Part shown: piece by piece, positions 54,000-64,000 of the stretch
Layout of the letters: each line of letters starts with the position of its first letter
Position numbering within the stretch: the first letter of the stretch is position 1
Assembly: GCA_030704615.1 (NCBI GenBank)
Contig: CM060731.1
Span: 48,980,001-49,044,000 of the forward strand
Reading direction: 5' to 3'
Source: Takakia lepidozioides
Lineage: Eukaryota; Plantae; Bryophyta
Length of the DNA: 64,000 nt
Translations under genes and position numbers: made by a program
The notes under the pieces: model-generated
The model's database searches: none
What the model was told of the DNA's origin: nothing
Seen by the model: only the letters and a program-made list of their open reading frames with translations

Positions 54000-56900
54000 A
54001 ACCGCAAATGTGGGCTCTTGGCTCCTGTAGTACCATGATTTGGTATTTTTCTTGATGTTTACAAGGTTCTTAGGAAAGTCAACTTGGTCTTAGCAGGCCG
54101 CACGTTTCAATCTCTGCCTGATCAGCTGCACAGTGGTAGTTCTCACAGACCAATCCGACATTACCTGACTGTAGACACAAGCAGCGCACACAGGAGGTTC
54201 TTGAGGACGGGTCTCTTGCACATGTTGGCTATGGCGCCTTCAGGGATGCCATTCAAATCAGGTAATATGATAAAACACTTGGCGGGTTTCTTTTCTGGGG
54301 TTGCTGTATTGAATGTATGCGCCAATATCGGATCCAGGCTCTTTTGCGCAATTTAGCATAAACGAATGTACTCTGGGCAAAGAAGGAAGAAAGCGCACGG
54401 GATTGTTAGACAAGGCCGATCTAAATAGTTATATGTGGCATTTAGATCAATGCTGGAGCATGGAACAGCGCTGGCATAAGTTCCTTAAAGATCCTTCACA
54501 CTGGTGGGACAGTAGCTTTTACGAGGGAAGCTTTCTTCATGTAGGATAAGAAAGAGTATGAGGGAAATCTATTATGATTGTCTTGATTGTACCCCTAATA
54601 GTTAGAATCTCGCTTTGCTGTGCAAAAACTGCTTTTACTGTCCGTATCGTAGGTTGTTCTTCCTAAGCAAGGCATGAAAGTAGGATGTCCAAGGCCTTTC
54701 CTTGAAGTTTGCAAGGTACTAGGGAGGGTCGAGACTGTGGCTGCTCAGCTGCTCCCTCGTCGTTTTCACAGACCACTCCAAAATCTCCAGACTATAGACA
54801 AGTTGGTGTAAGTTTGGACATGTCCGTATGTTCCTCATTGCGTAGAGTCCAATGGAACCCACATTGAATTGTTTGAAAGCTCACTAACACTTCTTCATAA
54901 ATGAACTTGTCAAAATGTTGATGCTATTGGATTTTCGAGCACAAAGGTCTACTGTGGAGCATGGAGCAGAGCTGGCATGAGTTTTTTAAAGATCCCTCAC
55001 ATCAGTGGGAGAACCGCAAATTGCAAGGTGGGGCTTTTTTAATGTATGATGTGAACAAGTTTTGTCCATCCTGCAAAATGTGGGCTCTTCCTGTTAGTAA
55101 TATGATTTGGTATTTTTCCTGGTGTTTACAAGGTACTTGGGGAGGGTCAGATTGGTCTTAGGAAGCTGTGCTTGAATCTATGGCAGCTCAGCTGCACCGT
55201 GGTGGCTCCTCATAGACCAATCGACCAATCCGAGATCACCTTACTGCCGACACAAGCTGCACACACACGAGGTCCTTTTGGGTTGATCGCCAGATTAATC
55301 CTACAGGGGTGAGAGATAAGCTAGCTGCTTTCATGACACAAGGTCAAGGACAACGTGGTGAGGGCACCTTCTTCTTCAACACATTCCAAGCTGTTTTACC
55401 CTATTATCAGAGTCGTCCCTAATTTCATGTCGAAGTCTGTAAGTTAGCTCGTAGGGTCTCTAGTGGTTTGGGGTGATTTTGACATGTAACTGCCGATGTG
55501 CCAACATGCACTTATGCAAAAACAGATAGCAGCGATGAGGAGAAGCTTTGGAAGGAATATTTTTCGGAATCAAGGTAAAAAGGTGAATGTCTGTTCAATT
55601 ACAAAGACAAAACAGACAACAAGATGCATCACATTTAGCTTTATTGGAATTGTCTCCCCAGCACATTTGGAAAGTTTAGGGAGTAATTCAACATAGGAAC
55701 TAGTGTGTCCTGAGTAGGGTTGAGGTGTTTGCTGAACGATTGTAGGCTGTCATTGTCAGCTGCTAGCAGCAAGGCAAGAATATATATATGATTTGTGGAG
55801 AGGCAGGGATAGAAGGAGCAGGGATTGGAGTGTGGGTCCAGATTCATCCAAGAGGGCTCGATTTCAAAACTACTTGTGATTCCCTCTGGATGGATAGCTA
55901 CAAGAAACCTACATGGATAGATGGTCAACTGGAATCAGCGGCGGCACAGTTGATTAAATCAGGCGCCTTGACCATGACCATAGTTTCCAAAAGATGACCA
56001 AGAGAGGGAGTCCACAATGCCTCTTCTGGTAGTTTTGGGCATGTGAGGATGTTATGTGAGGCAAGGCGACTAAAAGAGGCTCTACAAACTTTAAACCAAG
56101 GGGGCATTTCAGCAAATTCAGATACTTATGTCAGTCTCTTGCGTACGTGCATCAAGATGAAAGACCTGCAAGCTGGAAAGCAGATGCATACTCACATTAT
56201 CCAAAGTGGATTCAAGCCAAATGTTTTTCTACACAACACCCTTGCCAACATGTATGTTTAAGTGCAGGAGCATCGTTGATGCTCACAAACTGTTCAACAG
56301 AATGCCTCAACGATCTTTGATCACGTGGAATATAATGTTGGCAGGATTTACCAAGCATGGGTGTGGTACGAATGCTTTGGAGACCTATGAGCAAATGATG
56401 CTGGAAGGGGTGAAGCCCGACCACATCACATTTGTTTGCGTTTGCAATGTGTGTACAAGCCTGGCAGCCCTGAAAAAGGGCAAAGAGGTCCATGGTGACA
56501 TTGTCGAAGCTGGAATTGTACTAGATGTCATTCCGAACACTGCCCTGGTGGACAAATGTGGGAGCATTGAAGATGCAAAGGGGGGTGTTCGACACTATGG
56601 CTGAATATGATGTGGTGTTGTGGAACGCGTGATCGCAGGACATGCACAGCTGAAAAGGGCAAAGAGGGCCATGTTGACATCATCAAAGCTGGAATTGTAC
56701 CAGGTTGCATTCCACACGATACCCTGGTGGACATGTATGCCAAATGTGGCAACATTGAAGCTGCAAAAGGAGAATTTGACAATATGGCTAAACGGGATGT
56801 TGACAATGATCGCAGGATATGGTCAGCATGGGTGCAAGATGAAGCCACAAATGAGCAAATGTTGGGTGCAGCCGGACCGGGTCACTTTCATTTGTCTTTG

Positions 56901-58625
56901 GAAGGCGCGTGCGAGCCTAGCAGTCCTGGAAAGGGCAAAGAGGTCCATGGTGACATCATCAAAGCTGGAATTGTACCAGATGTCACTCTAAACAGTACCT
57001 TGGTGGACATGTATGCCAAAGGGGGGAGCATCAAGGATGCAAATGTGGGCTCTTGGGCTCCTGTTAGTACCATGATGTGGTATTCTTTCTGATGCTTACA
57101 AGGTTCTTGGGAGAGTCAGCTTGGTCTTAGTAGGCCGTGTTTCAATCTCTGCCCGCTCACTTGTACCATGGTGGTTCTCACAGACCAATCCAACATTACC
57201 TGACTACAGACACAAGCAACACACACACAAGAGGTCCTCTTGGTTCATGGTCAGTCAAATCCTTCATAGGTCATGACACAAGGTCGAGGACAATGTGGTG
57301 AGGGCACCTTCTTCTTTGACCTATTTCAGCCTGAAAATTTTCCCTCTCATCAGACTCAGCCCTGAATTTGTAGCATGGAGTAGAACTGGCATGAGTTTTA
57401 TAAAGATCCTTCTCGATGGTGGGACAACCGCAATCGCAAGGTGTGGCTTTTTCTGAAGGTACAATGTGAAGATGTTTGTCCATCCTGCAAATGTGGGCTC
57501 TTGGCTCCTGTTAGTACCATGATATGTTATTGTTTCTGATGTTTACAAGGTTCTTGGGAGAGTCAGCTTGGTCTTAGCAGGTCGTGTTTCAATCTCTGCC
57601 CGCTCAGCTGCACCGTGTTGGATCTCACAGACCACTCCGTCATTACCTGACTACATACCCAAGCAGCACACACAAGAGGTCCTCTTGGGTTCATGGTCAG
57701 TCAAATCCTCCATGGATCATGACACAAGGTCAAGGACTGACTGGTGAGAGCACCTTCTTCTTTGACCTATTTCAGCCTGTTTTGCCCTCTCATCAGACTC
57801 AGCCCTGAATTTGCATATTGAATTCTGTAAGTTAGCTCGTTGGGTGGATCTGTGGTGGTTTGGAGTGACTTTAACAAGTTACTGCCGATGTGGCAGCAGG
57901 AAAGTACGGCCCAAAACAAATAACAGAGATGAAGAGAAGAGTGTCACTAGTTAGCATAGAACTAGTGTCACTAGTGGACTAGTTAGCATACAAACTAGTG
58001 TGATAGGTAGGGTTGGGGTGTTTGTAGGAGAAATTCAAGCATTTTCCCTCTTATCAGTAGCGGCTCTAAATTTTCATGTTGAATTCTGCAAGTTAGCTGG
58101 TTGAGTGAACCTTTGTGGAGTGACTTTGACATGATATTGCCAATGTGACAATAGGAAAGAATCTAGAAACAGGTGAATATTTTTCTGACCCCAGTCAACA
58201 GTGGGACAATCACGGCAAAAAAGTGAATGCATGTTGGATTGCAGAGAATAGAAGATGTAATTGAGCATAGGAACTAGTGTGATAAGTTGAGTTGGGTGTT
58301 TCCTAGATCAATTCGAGACTTTCATTGTCAGCTGCTAGCAGCAAGGCAAGGGTGAATGCATGATTTGGGCAGAGGCATGGATAGCTAAAGGAGCAGGGAT
58401 AGAGTGTGGGTCCAGATTCATCGAAGACGGGTGGACTTCAACAAGCTCCAAATTACCTATATTGATTCCCTATGGATTAATAGCTACTAGCAACCTGCAT
58501 GGGTAGATGGTCAACTGGAAGCTACAGCAGCAGCGGCGGAATTGATAAAATCAGGCACTGCTAATGCATGCACCTTCTTCAACACATTTCATCCTATTTT
58601 TCCTTCTTATCAGAATCAACCCTAA
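54000..58625 (+). repeat. Mosaic tandem amplification of modules encoding decayed OSB-type PDF motifs
   Basis: aaatgtgggctcttggctcctg..agtaccatgat module at ~54007, 55077, 57041, 57489. Peptides EQRWHKFLKDPSHWWD, EQSWHEFFKDPSHQWENRK, HPRGLDFK..DSLWMD..KPTWIDGQL, NPRSPYCRHK. Confidence 0.7.
56040..57043 (+). pseudogene. PLS-class pentatricopeptide repeat pseudogene
   Basis: LCEARRLKEALQTL, TYVSLLRTC, GKQMHTHIIQSG, NTLANMY, AHKLFNRMPQRSLITWN, VKPDHITFV, LVDMYAKCG; many frameshifts. Confidence 0.9.
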
Positions 58626-59020
58626 GTTTCCATCAGCGTAGCTACGGCGTGAGCCAGCCCCGTGAGCCTGGGAGCTGAGCTCACGCTACAGGGAAACGTG
58701 AGCGGCACAAATCTGCTGGAGAAGCAGGTCCTATAGGCGAGGATTGCAGTAAGAGGGCCTATTACCGTGGACAAAACAAAGGGGGCCACCATGCACCATG
58801 TTTGCAATGCCTGTACGAAAAGAGGAATATGAAAATATGGCATATTTGAGCTCAGAATGATTGACACACTTTATTTCAATTCACAGATAGACGCTTACAA
58901 TGAATGGCATGTGCATTTGCTCTGGTTCCGTGAACAAAATGTATGTGTTTGTCCTAAATGCAAAGTCTTCACACGGTAACCTAGAAACCAGCATGGGAAG
59001 CAGGCATGGCTCGTATGTGT

Positions 59021-61764
59021 TCAAAGAGAATTTGGCGGAGCCCTACGTGAGGTGTCCCGCTGCAGAAGGGTGATGACTTCTCCGTAGCCTAGTGTGGCTT
59101 GGTGAATGAATTGGTCTCTCTTACCGTCGCAGCACATAATTACAAAGTATATGTAATATTGATGCTTGCAGGGGACCCACTTCCCTCTCATGCCGAGAGC
59201 GCCCTCACGCATCGTTACAAAATCCGGACAAGTGCACGTAGGGAAATTCCCCACGTCAACCTGATATTTTTTGCCATGAAGAACTGAGCCAATAGACAGC
59301 ATTGTGTAAATCCGTCCATACCCCGGGGCAGGGACTTCGGTGATACGAGTCACCCGAGCCTGCAAAATTCTAGCCGATTCCATCTTGCAGTCGTGATCTG
59401 CACCCGAAGCGATACGGCGCACTGTTTTTCCATCTCTTTTTGTTGGGTGGGAGTCGGCACTGGGTGGAGGAATTGCCGGAGCATGTGGCACATCTGTGCG
59501 GACAGTGCATGAGGGTACCACCCGGGACCGTGCAAGACAGAACCCTCTCTCCTCCAGCATGCTTATCTCGGTTGATGACAGCGACGTCCCAAGTTTCACA
59601 GGCCAAATTGCGGGGGGAGGGGGCTTCATTATCACCGAAGGACGAACTATTCCCTTGACGCATCGTGCCATATCGTCTGGGCAGAACCAGAACTTGTGGT
59701 CCTTTGACTCCCCACTAGGAGCTGGAGTCCCCCTGGAGCCTTTGCATATTTTTTATTTGCATTTCTTGAAAGAGAGGGTCCAAATTGCCATGCAAGCCAC
59801 TCTAGATCCTGGTGGGGTGCGTTCTATATGCCACTCACTGTCAATGCAATCATATTCATACACCATGGACACCACCTCCTCCAATGGGATTCCTGCTGTT
59901 GTGCTTGCATGATCTGCACCTGCTCCACTGGAGGAGGACCCACCTGGGAAGGGGCGGGCACACGATTTAGTCTGCACTGGAGACACCTTTGGTATAGAGA
60001 AATTGACCCTGTCCGGCCGATGGGAATCTCCATCCGACCCTGGAGGAGTGTTCAATTTCCTTTTGCATGATCCAAATCTTTCCTCGCCTTCCAAATGGGG
60101 GATCCTGGATTGCAAAGGGGAGCCTTCAGTGCACCTATTCAGAGCTTTGGCCATCTTCGATGGGTCTCCAGACCTACTCGCAGTCCTTAGCATCAACAAA
60201 GTCGTATCAGGGCCCTTGCCTCCGCCCCGTCCCATCAGAAAATTGCGGTACCTGGTTTGTTGTGTAAGTGCCCGCACCATGTCATCAGCAGTGGCCACAT
60301 ACAAATCACGTCCTGCTTTGGTAAACTGCTGCATCCAGGCGTTGTGAACAGTCTCCGCCAAATTACAAGACGGCATGTCAGCCAAGTCCTCCAAGGATAT
60401 GTCCTGCAGGAGGCATTGCATGCAAATGTGAGGAACGAAAGGAAATGGAAGAGGTTATGCAAGTGACAATCCAACAACCCCAAACAAACAGGCACGATGC
60501 AAAGTGAAATTTGTGTTTCCGGGATTGAAGAGGCTTACCGTCGTCATGAAAGCTCCCCACTGTCTGTACCTGAAGTGCCAGAAAACCAACCAGTCCTCCA
60601 ACTCCTTCAGGTGGATACCAGTAGCAACACCAGAGGAGAACCACCAAGCCCGGATTGCTTGGTAAGTGCTTTCAGCTTCTCCCATTGAGGTGGAATTTTT
60701 GTACTTGAGGCAAAGCCTTCTGTGCTCCAACTGAAGGTCAGGGCGAATGCAGCGCTTTGTATGACGTGCCAGAGATTGACTCCAATGGAAGAGGCATGTG
60801 CGCTCCCTATTTTTCATTGGGACCTTAGGATCCCCCGAACCAAACACGCGCCGAACTGCATTGAAATTTGCCTGTGCACTATCAGCCATGAAGCCCGCAA
60901 AATTTGTGTTCTGCATTCCATTGCACTACATGACGGCCAAGAACGAATTCCACATGAACATCTGGGATTCAGTGTCCTCCGACTGCATATCACAAATTGC
61001 TATGGAGAGCACACGCTGGTACGCTGGATCGTACACATGGCACGCCATGGTTGTCCAACCCTTCACCCATTTGCAGTGATCAAACATTAACCAACATTTA
61101 GCCAAATCTCCTCCAGGTTGCATTCGGCAGACTATGCTTACACCACTGCCTTCACCCACTGTGGACATCTTGAACAAATACACCTTGGACGAGCCCTGAC
61201 CAGGGAAGATACTGTTTTGAATGAATTCATAACGACTCCTCCGTTTGAGGTCCATAATGTTATCCATGAATCCAGCACTGCCTGTGCCCATTCTGAGTGC
61301 ATTCACCTGGTTTCGAATATTGGGAGAGCTCAACACGGAGAAATGGTCAATCACTGCATCAAGCGAATCTACATCCAGCATTGGTTGTGTCGCATCCCCT
61401 TCACCCAGTAAGTGTTTTTTGAGGAATGCCTTGCTAGCTGCAAGCGCTATAGCAGAAGGTGTTGCAGAAGGGGCATTTGTGGAACTCCTGCTTCAGCAGA
61501 TTTCTAGCGATGTCCACGCTATCCCTGCAACTTCCTTTGGACACAGGATGCTCGTGTGCAGGGATGCCTCGGCGTGAGCACAGCCGCGCTCACGCCACAT
61601 CACCTTGAACGAACGCCACGTCACCGGGCTCACTCCACATCATCGAGCTTAAAAGCCACGTCAACGCGCGCCAATTAAGAAGCAAACTGTATTTCCGCGG
61701 AAGAGCACCCTCAACCGCGGAAACAAGTTCGACGAAATAATAAAAGGACGTGGTCATCCCCACC
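59021..61764 (-). pseudogene. MULE-type DDE transposase with C-terminal SWIM zinc finger. Exons ~61764-60539 and 60403-59021
   Basis: WLMFDH...(D1), GFMADSAQANFNAV (D2), CLFHW (CxxH), CNLAETVH (E), SWIM CTCPDF...CKH. In-frame stops at 60926 and 59753; frameshift near 61471. Confidence 0.75.
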
Positions 61765-62440
61765 TGAAAGCAACAATTGAATGCAGGATGGATGAATGTA
61801 GAGTGGATGAGAAATATATGGATATGTGGGAACAATGCAAGTGAATGGATGAATGTGGGATGGATGTTGAATGGTGGAAAACATTCTTGAATGGAGGATG
61901 CATGAATACACAATAGATGAATGCACAATGGATATGACATGAGTGTGAGGGGTTGAGGGGATGGATTCATGAAGATTGACATTTGAATCCGAGTAGATTG
62001 TTTGAATCACCTTTTTTTCTGCCAGAACAAATGCAATGAGGCAAGGGAATTCAATGAGTTCCGAATAGGATATAAATTGAACAAAAAAAATGCGAAGTTC
62101 AGTCTGATCCAGAGTTAGTACAATGTATCACCGCGTCCACTGTATCCAAGTCCAAGAATTTCAGAACTCCGGATCTACGATGGCTACTCCTGTGATCGGG
62201 CAATAAGAAGTCAGGGGATAGAGCCTCGGCCATTTCAAGTGCCATTGCTTCGGCATAGACAGGAAGCACAAAAGTGGAAAGGGGACTGTCGAAAACAGTC
62301 TCGGCACAAATGGGGGTTTCTCCTGAAGATCCATCGCTGCCGTTCCTGCAAGTCAAAGCATGATAAAAGTTATTATTGCAATTTTGATGTATGCAAAATT
62401 GAACAAGCACCCAAACTGGAATGACATTTCCATAGCCGAC

Positions 62441-64000
62441 TTACTCACATGAGAAGTCTTTGTCGATCTGCTTATCCTCGGTATCCTCATCATTTCTGAT
62501 TTGAATTTGTTCGGTCTGTGTGCCAGACGTAGAGCCAGACACAAGAGGGAGGAGGACACTCTTGAATAGTTCGGTGTCGCCCTCCATGCCAAAAAGGCTT
62601 CTCCCACCAACCTTGCAAGCACGGTAAGTCACACATGCCAAGACAGAAAGCCTCAAGAAGGTTGTAGAGGATGCAAAATCGGATGCAAACTGGAAGACCT
62701 TCAGAATGGAAACAGTATTGAACCAACAAACCTGTGGATAGTGTGAGGTCGACCACCCTTGCAGAATGGTGGCTGCATGACTCCAAGAGCGTCTGCATGA
62801 ACGCTGGGGTTCTCTCCCTTGCACCTCTCCACGGAAACCTGTCTGGTCTTTTGGCTGTCTGACTGGAGTGCATGAAATTGTACAGCATGTCATCCACATG
62901 CGGTTCGTATGGGGGGTTGACAAAACACCTCTGGTCGGAAATTTCAAAGCTGCGAACGGATGAAGGTGTTTTGGAAGTGCGAATCCGCCTCAGGCAGATT
63001 GTCTCAAACATCCTTGTCTGGAAAAGATGCAAGGTAGGAGTGAGACATAGAAATTCGAAAGAAATTCTGGCGCAGGAAAGAATAGAACATGGACTGCAAA
63101 TGTAAACTACAATGGAATGTTTTTGTGATGATCGGTGTCGATCATCACATATGGTGGTAGAGCAAGCCAGCAGAAACAACTGAAAAGACATTGGGAAACA
63201 GTTCAGAGTAGGGCGACGCCATACCAGCTGTCCAGGGCAATCACCTTTCAGAAGGTACAGGATGTTCACACAATTCCATGTCCTCAGAATTTCGAACCCA
63301 GACGAGTTCAGGTATGATGCCAGACCCCTACGACTATCCTTATCACATGACTGGAAGAGCAAAAGCGTTCCTGCATCTGAAAGGAAATTATTGCAGAAGC
63401 CGAATACCCAACTCCAGTAGTTCTCATTGAATCTGTTCCAGGATGGAGTCTTTCCCTTTGGAGGAACGTCGGGGACAGGCAGGCCGTCTGGGATGTCAAG
63501 GATGACCATGTCAGCGGCAAAGGGTTTTTGAACACCGCATACGAATGAGGGACCATTGCTCACCTGCAGCATACCGGTATAATTTCAAGTCAAACAGAAA
63601 TGAGGGTCCCAACAGAAACCATCATCTACATTGGCATACACAAAATTCAAAAGTCCCATGTGAAGATGAAGATTCTTACCAGATTAAGAAATGAAATCAT
63701 GTTATCCCAAGTTGGTGATGGCACCCCCGAGTAACTCTTTCTCCGAGTCTCCATCATCACCAGCCATCCCTCATTCACAATCTTGATCTGCCCTGCCAAG
63801 TCCGCACGGGAAGGGTGTGGCTTGGCATCGAATGGACATTGAACAGTGAGGGTGTACCTCCCAGCGGTCTCATCTTTCTCCTTGTCCTCACCTTTCTCCT
63901 TTTCCACCTCTTTCTCCTTCGCCTTCTCCTTCCCCTTAGCCTTCTCCTTCTCTTTGTCCTTAGGCTTCTCAGGTGACTTGGCTACTACCTCCGGAGCCTT
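62441..64000 (-). CDS. Spliced beta-class DNA N4C/N6A methyltransferase-like gene (5' end outside window). Exons >64000-63680, 63563-63225, 63017-62732, ~62634-62445
   Basis: ADMVILDIPDG (motif IV-like)...FLSDAGTLLL...RERTPAFMQTLLESCSHHSARVVDLTLSTG|VTYRACKVGGRSLFGMEGDTELF (motifs X, I, II). The acceptor of the last exon reads CAT instead of CAG. Confidence 0.6.

Larger units (their letters stand above)
58633..64000 (-). mobile_element. MULE-like DNA transposon (decayed), extending beyond the window
   Basis: Left end has cgtagctacg and repeated cgtgagc motifs at the point where the PDF module breaks off. Interior encodes transposase, SWIM and MTase-like domains. Confidence 0.7.

Noticed and set aside
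62490-63572. 360-aa ORF as a single exon
   Set aside because: Contains pyrimidine-rich intron-like stretches with proper splice sites; motif continuity requires splicing.

Overview
Eukaryotic, intron-rich plant nuclear DNA. The PIP C-terminus and the transposon types suggest a seed-free plant, probably a bryophyte, but the species cannot be fixed from the sequence. Left to right: 3' half of a cytosolic GAPDH gene; an orphan NPF first exon and a LINE-like remnant; an NPF/PTR transporter (frameshifted) with one Ty1/copia in its last intron and a second just upstream; an ABCG half-transporter split by an apparent internal inversion; LTR and Ty3/gypsy debris with a RING-H2 ORF; an intronless F-box gene; an intact PIP aquaporin with a non-canonical ar/R filter; two hAT-type MITEs; a Myb/SANT remnant; a decayed, tandemly amplified OSB-type PDF-motif/PLS-PPR locus; and, at the right end, a MULE-like transposase/SWIM gene preceded by a spliced beta-class DNA amino-methyltransferase-like gene, probably joined to it by splicing. 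The last is the best candidate for an undescribed system. All calls come from reading motifs by eye; no searches were run.
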